From an uncultured Anaerolineae bacterium (GTDB lineage Bacteria > Chloroflexota > Anaerolineae > JACIWP01), in the NCBI GenBank assembly GCA_938049385.1, contig CALIBQ010000044.1, positions 1,680 to 65,679 of the forward strand: a stretch of DNA of 64,000 bases. Direction: 5' to 3'. Below the pieces are notes generated by a model. The model was not told where the DNA came from. It saw only the letters and a list, made by a program, of their open reading frames with translations, and ran no database searches. Every line of letters starts with the position of its first letter. Positions within the stretch are counted from its first letter, which is position 1. Both the position numbers and the translations under genes were made by a program. Below, one piece after another: positions 19,456-29,060 of this stretch.

Positions 19456-20313
19456 TCACGGCCAGGGAGCGCCGCCCTCGTCCCAGGGGGCCGGCTCGCG
19501 CCGGCGCTTGCGGCCGCCCCAGATGACCACCGGCGGGAAGAACAATGGGATGATGAGCGGGCCGATACAGCAGAATCCGCCGCGCGGCACGGTGCGCTCC
19601 CCGTCTGTAAGCGCCGGCAGTTCCCGGACCTCCGCCGGCCGGCCTGCCAGCACCGCCAGGGGCCGGCCCGGCCCTTCCAGCGCCGGCGGCAGGGCCAGCA
19701 GGACTTGGCCGGCATCCCAGGCCTGCCCCAGCAGAGCGAACTCGAGCCGGCGATCACCCTTCCATGATAAGTAGGCTGGCACGCGCTCGTCGGTGAAGCG
19801 CACCCGGTACACCGCCAGGTCGCGTTCGATTAGCGGGAAGAGGCGCGGCTTGACCCGCACAACCAGCTCGCCCTGCTGACCGGGTAGGGCGCCCATGCCG
19901 CGCAGAGCAACCTCGCCGATGTATGCGCCTCCGGGCGAGACGGCGCTTTCGATGCGGTGCTCGACAGCCGTGCCGGCGAACAGCTCCAGCGTGTCAAAGG
20001 TGAAGGGCGGCACCAGCATCAGTACCGCCGCCAGGACGAAGGCCGCCCCGCCGACCAGCGATGGGATGCAGGCACGCCGCACCGATGCCCGCATATCCGC
20101 CGGCACGTAGTACGGCACGGCGATAAAAGTGTAATAGGCGAGCACCCCGACCAGCAATGGGTATACCCAGTCCGCAACCGTGCCGGCCAGCGAGAGGTCG
20201 GTCAGATAGCCGATCCACAGCAGGATGCCGAGGACTAGGTTGATCGCGCTGATGGTGCGCCAGGTGGTTTGCGATGCCCAGGGAGAGTGCGATGGCTCCA
20301 AAGATGTGCGCAT
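19456..20313 (-). CDS. Hypothetical membrane protein
   Basis: Three N-terminal TM segments and a C-terminal hydrophobic tail; GGAGG SD; packed in the glgP unit. Confidence 0.65.
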   Translation of the reverse strand: MRTSLEPSHSPWASQTTWRTISAINLVLGILLWIGYLTDLSLAGTVADWVYPLLVGVLAYYTFIAVPYYVPADMRASVRRACIPSLVGGAAFVLAAVLMLVPPFTFDTLELFAGTAVEHRIESAVSPGGAYIGEVALRGMGALPGQQGELVVRVKPRLFPLIERDLAVYRVRFTDERVPAYLSWKGDRRLEFALLGQAWDAGQVLLALPPALEGPGRPLAVLAGRPAEVRELPALTDGERTVPRGGFCCIGPLIIPLFFPPVVIWGGRKRRREPAPWDEGGAPWP

Positions 20314-20340
20314 GGTCACACCTCCCAGCTTCTGATGTCC

Positions 20341-22911
20341 CTACGCCGCCCAGATCATCATCCCTGGCAGAACAGGGTCGGGCAGGTCTGGGTGCGCCGG
20401 CCGCACCCGCACCGTGTAGCCGAAACGGCCGCTCTGGGTGCAGGTCACCGAGCCTTGGAAGGTATGCATGCGGTCGTCGTGGACGCCGGCGTGTTCCATG
20501 CGCACCACCTGCGGTTCGGTGATGCCGCGGTCCGGGTCCAGCCGGCCGAAGTACAGCTCCACCAGCACATCCTCCGCAGACAGCTCTCCCAGGAATACAT
20601 CCGCCCGCACATCAAACTGTTCGCCCACGCCGATGCGTTCCAGGTCGCGGTTGGTCTCCACGGAGCGGATCCAGACCTGCGCCCATCCTTTGCGCACCTT
20701 GTCCAGCCAGCCGGCCAGCTCGCGGGCGCGCGCCATGTCTTCGGCGGAGAGCCGGCGGAAATGCTCATGGGCCGGCAGGTACATGCGCTCGGTGTATTCC
20801 CGCACCATGCGGTTGGTGTTGTAGTACGGCGCGAGCTGGGCGATGGCGCGCCGCATGCGCTCCGCCCAGCGCCGCGGCACGTCGTCCGGCCCGCGCTCGT
20901 AGAAGAGCGGGACAATCTCTTTTTCCAGCAGGTCGTACAGCGCCTCGGCCTCGACCTGGTCCTGATAGGCCTCGTCGGCATATACCTCGCCTTGGCCGAT
21001 GGCCCAGCCCACGTCCTTGGAATAGGCCTCGTCCCACCAGCCGTCCAGCGTGCTGACGTGGAGCACGCCGTTGGCGACCGCTTTCATGCCGCTGGTGCCG
21101 CTGGCCTCGCGCGGCCGGCGCGGCGTGTTCAGCCAGATATCGGCGCCGGCCACCAGGTAGCGGGCCAGGTTGGCGTCATAGTCCTCGAGGAAGACCACAT
21201 GCCGGCGCACGTCTTCCTGGCGGGCGAAGTGCACGATCTGCCGGATGAGGTCCTTGCCCGGGCCGTCCGCCGGATGCGCCTTGCCGGCGAAGATGATCTG
21301 CACCGGCCGATCCGGGTTCAGCAGGATGCGCTTCAGGCGCTCGGGGTCCTTGAGCAGGAGCGCGGCCCGTTTGTAGGTGGCGAAGCGGCGGGCAAAGCCG
21401 ATGGTCAGGGCGGCCGGGTTGAGCGCCTCGCCGGCCTCGTCTATCTCGCTCTGCAGTGCGCCACGCCGGCGGAGCTGTTCCTGCAGGCGCCGGCGGGCTA
21501 CTGCGACCAGCCGCTCGCGCCGGCGCTCGTGGGTGCGCCACAGCTCCTCCAGCGGAATCTGCTCCACCGACTTCCATAGGTCGCCGTTGGCCTGGTCGGT
21601 GCGCCAGGCCGGCCCCAGGTAGCGGTCGAACAGCTCGGCCATGTCGAACGAGGTCCAGCTCGGGATGTGCACACCGTTGGAAATGTGTATGATGGGTACC
21701 TCTTCCTCCGGCAGGCCGGGCCATAGGTTCTGCCACATGCGCCGCGACACCGAGGCGTGCAGTCGGCTGACACCGTTGCGAAAGGCGGACAGGCGGAGCG
21801 CCAGCACGGCCATATTGAACGGTTCCTGCCAGTTGTTGGGGTTGATGCGGCCGAGCGCCAGGAATTCCTCGCGCGTGATTTTCAGCCACTCGTAATAGGG
21901 CATCAGGTATTTATCAATCAGTTCCGCGCCGAACTGGTCAATGCCGGCCGGCACCGGCGTATGAGTGGTGAAGATACTGCCGGCGACGGCCGCCCAGCGG
22001 GCCACCTCAAAGGGCACCTGATGCTCTTCCATGAGCTGGCGGATGCGCTCCAGCACCGAGAAGGCGGCATGTCCCTCGTTGATATGGATGACGGTGGGGT
22101 TCAGGCCGAGGACGCGCAGGGCGCGCACCCCACCGATGCCCAGCACGATCTCCTGCTTGATGCGCATCTCCGTATCGCCGCCGTAGAGCTGGTCGGTGAT
22201 GTCGCGGTCCGCCGGCGCGTTGGCCGGGATGTTCGTGTCCAGCAGGTAGAGCGGCACGCGTCCCACCTGCACGCGCCATATCTGCGCCTTCACCTCGCGG
22301 CCAGGGAAGGGGATGGCGACGGTAACCGGCTCCCCGCCGGCGTCCCGCACCAACTGCAGAGGCATGGTGTAGAAGTCGTTGATGGGGTAGGATTCGCCCT
22401 GCCAGCCGTCGGCGTTGAGGTACTGGCGGAAGTAGCCCTGTTGAAAAGCCAGGCCCACGCCTACCAGAGGAATGCCCTGGTCGCTGGAGGATTTGAGGTG
22501 GTCGCCGGCCAGCATGCCCAGCCCGCCCGAGTAGGTGGGGATGCAGTCGGTCAGCCCGAACTCCATCGAGAAGTAGGCGACCAGCAGGTCCTGGGCCTGG
22601 CTGTGTTTGGCGCGGAACCAGGCCGGCTCCGTCTGGCGCATGTATTCGTCCAGCCGTTCGGCGATGCGCGCCAGTTCGGCGCGGAAGCTGGCGTTGGCCG
22701 CCAGCGCGTTCAGCCGTTCTTGTGATATGGTGCCCAGCATGCGCACCGGGTTGTGTTCGGTGGTTTCCCAGAGGCCGCGGTCCAGCCGGCGGAATAACTC
22801 GATCGTATCATGATCCCACGCCCAGCGCAGGTTATAGGCGATCTCGCGCAACTGCTCCAATTCCGCCGGCAGTTTGGGCACGACCTCGATCGTGCGTACC
22901 GGCTTGATCAT
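20341..22911 (-). CDS. glgP: Alpha-glucan (glycogen) phosphorylase
   Basis: AYFSMEFG..YSGGLG.LAGDHLKS, HINEGH, FTTHTPVPAG, FARRFATYKR, EASGTSGMK (PLP Lys). Confidence 0.96.
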   Translation of the reverse strand: MIKPVRTIEVVPKLPAELEQLREIAYNLRWAWDHDTIELFRRLDRGLWETTEHNPVRMLGTISQERLNALAANASFRAELARIAERLDEYMRQTEPAWFRAKHSQAQDLLVAYFSMEFGLTDCIPTYSGGLGMLAGDHLKSSSDQGIPLVGVGLAFQQGYFRQYLNADGWQGESYPINDFYTMPLQLVRDAGGEPVTVAIPFPGREVKAQIWRVQVGRVPLYLLDTNIPANAPADRDITDQLYGGDTEMRIKQEIVLGIGGVRALRVLGLNPTVIHINEGHAAFSVLERIRQLMEEHQVPFEVARWAAVAGSIFTTHTPVPAGIDQFGAELIDKYLMPYYEWLKITREEFLALGRINPNNWQEPFNMAVLALRLSAFRNGVSRLHASVSRRMWQNLWPGLPEEEVPIIHISNGVHIPSWTSFDMAELFDRYLGPAWRTDQANGDLWKSVEQIPLEELWRTHERRRERLVAVARRRLQEQLRRRGALQSEIDEAGEALNPAALTIGFARRFATYKRAALLLKDPERLKRILLNPDRPVQIIFAGKAHPADGPGKDLIRQIVHFARQEDVRRHVVFLEDYDANLARYLVAGADIWLNTPRRPREASGTSGMKAVANGVLHVSTLDGWWDEAYSKDVGWAIGQGEVYADEAYQDQVEAEALYDLLEKEIVPLFYERGPDDVPRRWAERMRRAIAQLAPYYNTNRMVREYTERMYLPAHEHFRRLSAEDMARARELAGWLDKVRKGWAQVWIRSVETNRDLERIGVGEQFDVRADVFLGELSAEDVLVELYFGRLDPDRGITEPQVVRMEHAGVHDDRMHTFQGSVTCTQSGRFGYTVRVRPAHPDLPDPVLPGMMIWAA

Positions 22912-23149
22912 GACAGCTCCTTTCTAAAGTGTATGCGTTGATGTTGGGGCCGGCGGTGCGACGGCCGGCGCGTATTCCAGCGGTTATACTACTCGATGGG
23001 GGGCATTCCGGCAAATACGGAGGGCTTTGCCGACCGACTGAACTGCGCGGTCATTAATTAGGGGGCATGTAAGACCCAGGGATTTGTATTCTGTTGTTGT
23101 GAGCTTCTGGAATGTAGACCGCATCAATAACGCGAAAAACAGCTTATGG

Positions 23150-23179
23150 GGCGCCGGCTTTCCTGCCGGGGCCGGCGCC
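23150..23179 (-). terminator. GC hairpin after the coaD unit
   Basis: GGCGCCGGC...GCCGGCGCC stem; no clear U-tract. Confidence 0.4.
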
Positions 23180-23188
23180 TTGGACCCA

Positions 23189-23695
23189 CTAGTCCTCGCT
23201 GTCGAGCGGCTCGCCGGCCTCAAACTGCCGCGAGCTGATTTTCTTGATGCCGTTGCGCACCTGCCGCAGTGATGCCTCCAGCGCCGCCTCCAGCTCCCGC
23301 AGTACCTGCAGGGCATACTGATCCGCTTCCTGCCGCAGGGCGTCCGCCTCCGCACGGGCGCGCTCCAGTATCTGCTCCGCCTTGGCCTGCGCCACCACCA
23401 CCTGCTCGTGCTGGGAAAGGGCGGCCTCCGCTTCCTGGCGGGCCTGTGCCTTGATGCGGTTGGCCTCTTCCTTGGCCTGGGCGAGGATGCGCTCCTGCTG
23501 TTGCTGGATGCGCCGTGCCTGCTTCAGTTCCTCAGGGATGCGGATGCGCATCTGGTCAATGATCTCGAAGACGGCATGCTCATCCACCACCACGCGGGCA
23601 GAGAAGGGCAGTCTCCACCCATCGGTCAACAGCGCCTCAAGCTGGTCAATCCACTGCAGGATATCGATCGAGCTGGTTTGTTCTGGCGTTTGCAT
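23189..23695 (-). CDS. Coiled-coil protein of the type usually found downstream of coaD (ATP synthase b/DivIVA-like hypothetical)
   Basis: IDQLE.LL..G.RLPFS..VVVD...IIDQMR..IPEE.KQA, AD.YA..VL. Confidence 0.8.
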   Translation of the reverse strand: MQTPEQTSSIDILQWIDQLEALLTDGWRLPFSARVVVDEHAVFEIIDQMRIRIPEELKQARRIQQQQERILAQAKEEANRIKAQARQEAEAALSQHEQVVVAQAKAEQILERARAEADALRQEADQYALQVLRELEAALEASLRQVRNGIKKISSRQFEAGEPLDSED

Positions 23696-23771
23696 AGTTC
23701 TGCCCCTTTACAGTGAGGGTGCTGGACCCGGAATGCCTCGGGTTCGCCGGCCGGCGCACGGCAGGCCGGCG

Positions 23772-24296
23772 TCAATCACGCAGGGAGATCATCCGCACCA
23801 GGTCATCCTTGCCGGAAAGCCCGCGCAGTTTCTCGACCAGGGCATCTCGCACGTGGGGCGGCACCATCTGTTCCACACAGCCGCCGGCGGCGGCGATTTC
23901 TTTGACGATGCTGGAGCTGAGAAAGGCGTGGGCCTGCTCGGTCATCAGGCAGACCGTCTCCAAGGTCGGCGCCAGCTTCTTATTGGTCATCGCCATCTGA
24001 TACTCCAGCTCGAAATCATAGGTCACGCGCAGTCCGCGCACAATGACCTTGGCGCCCACGCGGCGCGCGAACTCGACCGTCAACCCGCTGTAGCTGGTGG
24101 TCGTGATATTGGGGATATCCTGAAGCGCTTGCTGGACCATGCGCAGGCGTTCCTCGGTGCTGAACAACAAGTTCTTGAGAGGCCGGTCATATACCGCCAC
24201 CACCACTTGGTCGAAGATGCCGGCCGCCCGCCTGGCGATGTCGATGTGGCCGTAGTGGATCGGGTCAAACGTGCCGGGATACAGGGCTATCGTCAT
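23772..24296 (-). CDS. coaD: Phosphopantetheine adenylyltransferase
   Basis: YPGTFDPIHYGHIDI, IVRGLR..DFE.E, FLSSSIVKE. Confidence 0.97.
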   Translation of the reverse strand: MTIALYPGTFDPIHYGHIDIARRAAGIFDQVVVAVYDRPLKNLLFSTEERLRMVQQALQDIPNITTTSYSGLTVEFARRVGAKVIVRGLRVTYDFELEYQMAMTNKKLAPTLETVCLMTEQAHAFLSSSIVKEIAAAGGCVEQMVPPHVRDALVEKLRGLSGKDDLVRMISLRD

Positions 24297-24365
24297 CTCA
24301 TCCCTTCTCGGGTGGGAATATGGGCCGCGCCGCTGCCGACCCAGACTTGACTATAATTCGCTTTC

Positions 24366-24394
24366 ATTCTAGCACAATCCGAGAGCCTCGTCAA
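24366..24394 (-). promoter_or_regulatory. coaD promoter
   Basis: TTGACG-17 bp-TAGAAT with extended TG. Confidence 0.65.
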
Positions 24395-24446
24395 CTATGC
24401 GCGAGGGTCGCGAATGTTAAAACTTTCCTCCATCTTCGGGGTCGGT

Positions 24447-24475
24447 TTGACAGTCCGGTCGTCATCTGATATATT
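24447..24475 (+). promoter_or_regulatory. Promoter of the ProRS-like gene, probably giving a leaderless mRNA
   Basis: TTGACA-17 bp-TATATT; ATG begins 7 nt after the -10; no SD. Confidence 0.65.
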
Positions 24476-24481
24476 GGCGGC

Positions 24482-26116
24482 ATGCGAGCGACAAAACTTT
24501 TCTGGAACACCCTTCGACAAGCGCCGGCCGGGGTTGACCTCCCCGGTCAGCAGTTGCTGCTGCGTGCCGGCCTGATGCGTTCGCCGGCGCCATCCGTCTG
24601 GACGCTCCTTCCGCTCGGCCAGCAGGGATGGGAGAGACTGCTGGCATGCACTGTGCAGGTCGCCCGGGATGCCGGTGCACAGCCGGTCTCGTTCCCTTGG
24701 GCACGTCCGCCAGAATCCGAGAGCGGCAGGGGGGCGCGGTGGCGCTTTGGCGAGCCGGCCGGCTGGGCCGCCTGGGACACGGCGGCGCGTGAACTGCGTT
24801 CCTACCGCCAGCTTCCTCAGCTCTGGTACGCGGTACAGCCTCATATGTCCGCCCATGCCAACACCCGCGCCGGCCTGTTGGGAGGCGCCCTGGGACGCCG
24901 GCTGGAGCTGTTCGGGCTGTATCCGACGCTGAAAGAGGCGCAGGCCGGCCAACAGGCGCTCACCGCGGCATACTCGGGGCTATGGAACCGCCTGGAGCTT
25001 CCGCTGGTGGCCGCGGCGGCCGGCCCCCGAGAGGCCGCCGCCTGGCTGTGGGAGCATCCCGATGGGGAGACCGCCTTTTTCCGCTGTGCGCACTGCGGGT
25101 ATGCCGGCCTGCCGGCGGCCACCGAAGTGCCCCCGCCGTCCCAAGACACTGCCCCCATGCTTCCGATGGAAGAAGTGGAAACGCCGGACTGCACCACGAT
25201 TGCTGGGCTGGCGGATTTCCTGGGCATCTCGCCGGCGCAGACCATGAAGGTGGTCTTTTACACCCTGGAACAGGAGAATCAGGTGATCTGCGCCGTCATT
25301 CGCGGCGACCTGAATATTGATGAACAGAAGCTGGCCAGGGCGGTGGGGAATAAACCCTTCCGGCCGAGCACGGACAGCGAGGTGCGCTGGATCGGTTCGG
25401 TGCCCGGCTACGGCTCGCCCATCGGATTGACGCGAGTGCAGGTGCTGGCAGATCCATCGGTGATATCCGCCCGCAACCTGGTTGCCGGCGCCAATAAGGA
25501 ACCGTTCCACATCCGCAACGTCAACGTCGGCCGCGATTTCTTCGTGCACCAGGTGGTGGACTTGCGAGCGGTGCGTGCCGGCGACCCCTGTCCCGGGTGC
25601 GGCGAGCCGCTTGCGGAGGGGTATGGGTTTGCTCTGGGGGAGAGCATGATGCACACCGCGGACGAGGCCGGCATACCCGAAGCCCGCTATCTGGACCAGG
25701 CCGGCCAGCCCCAGCCCTTAGTCATGCTGAACATGGTCTGGGACCTGGACCGCGCCTGGGGCGCGCTGGCCGAGGTGCACCGGGATGAGAACGGCCTGCG
25801 CTGGCCGGCTCCCGTGGCGCCGGTCCATGTGCATCTGGTCGCCATCAAGCTGGACGTGCCGGAGGTGGCGCAGACGGCAGAACGCCTGTACGAGCGCTTA
25901 CAGGCCGCCGGCCTGTGCGTCCTCTATGACGACCGGGATGAGCGCCCTGGCGTGGCGTTCAAGGATGCTGATTTGCTGGGCGCGCCTCTGCGGCTCACGG
26001 TCAGCCCGCGCGCACTGGAGGCCGGCGGCATTGAGGCCAAATGGCGCACCGGCGGGGAGCCCCAGGTGGTGCCGGAGGATGCGCTGGCCTCGCTGGTTGC
26101 CCCGCTGTTGTCCTGA
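24482..26116 (+). CDS. Prolyl-tRNA synthetase paralogue with degenerate catalytic core, intact INS/YbaK-type editing domain and anticodon-binding domain
   Basis: Colinear with bacterial ProRS (QLLLRAG, SYRQLP, RGD....KL, GAN...H..NVN.GRD, LYDDRDERPGV.F.DADL.G.P) but THEE, motif 2 and motif 3 are replaced. Confidence 0.85.
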   Translation: MRATKLFWNTLRQAPAGVDLPGQQLLLRAGLMRSPAPSVWTLLPLGQQGWERLLACTVQVARDAGAQPVSFPWARPPESESGRGARWRFGEPAGWAAWDTAARELRSYRQLPQLWYAVQPHMSAHANTRAGLLGGALGRRLELFGLYPTLKEAQAGQQALTAAYSGLWNRLELPLVAAAAGPREAAAWLWEHPDGETAFFRCAHCGYAGLPAATEVPPPSQDTAPMLPMEEVETPDCTTIAGLADFLGISPAQTMKVVFYTLEQENQVICAVIRGDLNIDEQKLARAVGNKPFRPSTDSEVRWIGSVPGYGSPIGLTRVQVLADPSVISARNLVAGANKEPFHIRNVNVGRDFFVHQVVDLRAVRAGDPCPGCGEPLAEGYGFALGESMMHTADEAGIPEARYLDQAGQPQPLVMLNMVWDLDRAWGALAEVHRDENGLRWPAPVAPVHVHLVAIKLDVPEVAQTAERLYERLQAAGLCVLYDDRDERPGVAFKDADLLGAPLRLTVSPRALEAGGIEAKWRTGGEPQVVPEDALASLVAPLLS

Positions 26117-26137
26117 TGTCCCTTGTGAAAGCTTCGC

Positions 26138-26167
26138 GGCCTCCTGCCGGCCGGCAGGAGGCCTTTT
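26138..26167 (+). terminator. Intrinsic terminator
   Basis: GGCCTCCTGCCGGCCGGCAGGAGGCC followed by TTTT. Confidence 0.75.
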
Positions 26168-26239
26168 CGCTTTGGCGCGGCGGTGCGAATGGGGTATAAT
26201 GGCGGCGCGTGCATGTCATTATCACATGGGGGATTCGCG

Positions 26240-27325
26240 ATGGTCTATTACCTGATCGCCGGCCTGTGTTTCGTGGTGGGTCTCAGCGCCCTGGCTGGGG
26301 CGCTGTTCAGCCGCTCGCCGGCGCGGCGGCGAACGGCGTTCGCCGCGGTATGGGTCGTTTTCTGGGCCGTTTCCCTCGGCCTGGTCTATATGGCGGAGAA
26401 ACAATCTGCCGCTCGTCCTATGGTACAGACGCCGACCCGTTCTGCAGTCACTCCCTCTGTGACGCATACCCAGCGTCCGACAGCTACGCCGACGCCGGCA
26501 GTTCCTGCCGGCCGCGTGGCTTTCCACAGCGACCGCACCGGCGATTTCGAGATATGGGTCATCAACGATGACGGGACGAACCCTGTGCAGTTGACCTCTT
26601 CCCCCGAACGGGATATTGAGCCGTGCTGGTCCCCTGACGGTTCGAAAATCGTCTTTGCCTCGGGAAGGGATGACCCCGATAATTTGGAGCTGTACGTGAT
26701 GAACGCCGACGGGACGGACCAGCGCCGGCTGGTGGAGCTACAGCCCGGCGATGACCTGGCGCCGGCGTGGTCCCCGGATGGGAGCAAAATCGCCTTCCAT
26801 ACCAACCGCGACGGCAATCTGGAGGTTTACGTGGTCAACGCTGACGGCACAGGGTTGAAAAACCTGACCAATTACCCGGATGCCAATGACAGCCGGCCGA
26901 GCTGGTCGCCCGACGGCAGGTACATCGCCTTCGTGTCGGATCGGGACGGCAACAGCGAGATTTACGTGATGGATGCCGACGGGAGCAACCAGCGCCGGCT
27001 GACCTTTGATGTGGCCAACGATACGGTGCCGCGCTGGTCGCCCGACGGGAAGACCATCGCCTTTGAATCCACCCGGGGTGTGCGGTTGAGCATCTACCTG
27101 ATGGACGTGGATGGTTCAAACGTGCGGCCGGCCCTGCGAGAAGCGCAGGAGGATGCGGCGCCGGCGTGGGGCAACGGCGGCCGGCGCATCTATTTCTCCT
27201 CTTTGCGCACGGGTTCATGGGAGATTTTCTACGTGGACCTGGTGACGGGTGAGGAGGTTCAGCTCACGAAAGCGGAGGGGTACAACCGCTATCCGGCCTG
27301 GGGGTCGATGACCGCCGTTCCCTGA
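26240..27325 (+). CDS. Membrane-anchored TolB-like (PD40 repeat) beta-propeller protein
   Basis: Two N-terminal TMs, Pro/Thr linker, repeated P.WSPDG..IAF.S.RDG..EIYVM.ADG. Confidence 0.9.
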   Translation: MVYYLIAGLCFVVGLSALAGALFSRSPARRRTAFAAVWVVFWAVSLGLVYMAEKQSAARPMVQTPTRSAVTPSVTHTQRPTATPTPAVPAGRVAFHSDRTGDFEIWVINDDGTNPVQLTSSPERDIEPCWSPDGSKIVFASGRDDPDNLELYVMNADGTDQRRLVELQPGDDLAPAWSPDGSKIAFHTNRDGNLEVYVVNADGTGLKNLTNYPDANDSRPSWSPDGRYIAFVSDRDGNSEIYVMDADGSNQRRLTFDVANDTVPRWSPDGKTIAFESTRGVRLSIYLMDVDGSNVRPALREAQEDAAPAWGNGGRRIYFSSLRTGSWEIFYVDLVTGEEVQLTKAEGYNRYPAWGSMTAVP

Positions 27326-27344
27326 TCATGTCCCAATGCCAACG

Positions 27345-27382
27345 CAACAGCGGGGGTCAGGAATCCCTGGCCCCCGCTGTTG
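27345..27382. terminator. Strong hairpin between convergent genes (probably bidirectional terminator)
   Basis: CAACAGCGGGGG...CCCCCGCTGTTG followed by a T-rich run. Confidence 0.7.
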
Positions 27383-27406
27383 TTGTTTCGTGCGTTAGCG
27401 CGAGCG

Positions 27407-28909
27407 CTACGGCACGTAGGCGTTGTAGGTGCCGGACCAGTTGGGCTTGCTGATGAGGTTGACCACGGCCACGATGGGCTGGTTCGAAGTGATCTTCACA
27501 CTGCCGGTGAAGTTGTCGCCCAGCGGGTTGAAGGCCGAGGCCGGCACGGCGCCCGAGTCACTGCCGAAGCGGGTGTTGTAGGCGTCGCCAGAGTTGCCGG
27601 CGATGGTTGGGTTGAGCGTCAGGGCCACACTGCCATCGGGGTTATAGTAGGTGAGGGTCAGGTTGGCGGTGCTGGCGCTCAGGTTCTGGACGGCGATCTT
27701 GGACCACTGCACCCAAGCAGTGCCGGACTTCTTGCGCGGCGCGTAGGGGACGAAGATCTCGGTGGCGCCGGCGGGCACCGCCACGTAGGTGGAAGCGGCA
27801 TTCTCATCCGGCCGGTTCCAGAAGGTGTGCACGACGGCGGCCAGCGGCTGGCCGTTGGTGCAGTTGATGACCACCGAACCGTTGAAGAGGTTGCCCAGGG
27901 CGCTGGCAAAGGCCGAGGCCGGGTAGGCCGGGTTGGTCGGACTGCCGAAGCGGGTGTTGTACTCGCCCATGGTCTTCGGTTGGATGGTGTCGTTGATGGT
28001 CATCTTGGGCGTGGTACTGCCGGTCTCGAAGAACTGGATGGTGACGTTGGCCGGGCTGGTGCCCAGGTTCTGGACCATGATGTTGGAGGAACGCACCCAG
28101 GAGCCGACGGCCGGATCGCTGGTGCGGTCAACGCGGAAGACGGACGGCGCATACAGGGTGGTGGCGCCGGAGCTGACGCCTTCATAGGCGCTGGCCCACT
28201 GCCGGTAGATGTACTGCGCCCAATGGTTGGTGACCACGCCGGCAATGGGCTGGTCCGAGTGCACGTACACGGAACCCTGCCAGTTGCCGCCCAGGTTCGG
28301 GATCTTGGGGCCGGAGAGGCTCAGGTTGTAGCTCTTGGAGCGGCCGGCCTGGATCACGTCGGAGATGGGGCCGGTCACACTGCCGTCGGTCTGGTTGTAG
28401 TAATACATCTGGATGTTGGCATCGGCGGTGCCGGCGTTCTGCACGGTGATGATGGAAAAGCGGATGAGCTTGCCCGGGATGGTGCCGACGGGCTTCACCG
28501 TGGCGTAAGGGAAGTAGAGGTCGGTGCCCGGGGCATAGGTGCCGGCGTAGGCATCGCCCGTGATGCGGTCATCCACCGTGCCGTAGGTGGACTGCCAGGT
28601 CAGCATGGTCACCGCGGAGACCTTTTTGTCGGCGGAGATGACCACGGAACCGACCCAGCCATCGCCCACCGGCAGGGTGGAGGACTGGAAGACGCGCGAG
28701 CCGTAGGCATTCAGCGTGAAGGGCGAGCCGGAAACATCGTTGGCGCCGGTTTGGTCGTAGTAATCGACCGTGACGGTGGCCGTGGAGTTCTCCACGTTCT
28801 GGATGACGAAGTCGCTGTTGCCGGTGCCGGGGTTATCGGCGAACGCCGGCACAGCCATCGTCACCAGCATGGCCGCGGCCAGGATGAAAGCAAACAGTCT
28901 TTTCCGCAT
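27407..28909 (-). CDS. Secreted Ser/Thr/Asn-rich protein built from four ~120-aa beta repeats (putative major surface/S-layer-like protein)
   Basis: Signal peptide ending PAFA|D; repeats I.VQN....A.....Y...G ... GSV.I.S..P...VV; AGGAGGTG SD. Confidence 0.75.
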   Translation of the reverse strand: MRKRLFAFILAAAMLVTMAVPAFADNPGTGNSDFVIQNVENSTATVTVDYYDQTGANDVSGSPFTLNAYGSRVFQSSTLPVGDGWVGSVVISADKKVSAVTMLTWQSTYGTVDDRITGDAYAGTYAPGTDLYFPYATVKPVGTIPGKLIRFSIITVQNAGTADANIQMYYYNQTDGSVTGPISDVIQAGRSKSYNLSLSGPKIPNLGGNWQGSVYVHSDQPIAGVVTNHWAQYIYRQWASAYEGVSSGATTLYAPSVFRVDRTSDPAVGSWVRSSNIMVQNLGTSPANVTIQFFETGSTTPKMTINDTIQPKTMGEYNTRFGSPTNPAYPASAFASALGNLFNGSVVINCTNGQPLAAVVHTFWNRPDENAASTYVAVPAGATEIFVPYAPRKKSGTAWVQWSKIAVQNLSASTANLTLTYYNPDGSVALTLNPTIAGNSGDAYNTRFGSDSGAVPASAFNPLGDNFTGSVKITSNQPIVAVVNLISKPNWSGTYNAYVP

Positions 28910-29060
28910 GTTCACCTCCTGTGTGATATGTGAAAAGGATAAGGCCGCATATCGCGAACCGCTTGCAGGGCCTACGCCGGCCCTTGTACTGCTCTCATTG
29001 TAGCCGGCGGTCCCCTGAAAATCAATACCACCATCGGGTTATTTTGGGGTGATGAAGATA

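Noticed and set aside
22912-23188. Possible riboswitch or ncRNA upstream of glgP
   Set aside because: Lower-GC intergenic DNA with a plausible promoter, but no recognisable aptamer or tRNA motifs; an Rfam scan would be needed.
24482-26116. Calling this gene functional proS or a pseudogene
   Set aside because: Catalytic motifs are absent, so it is not normal proS. The frame, promoter, terminator and two domains are intact, so it is not an obvious pseudogene.
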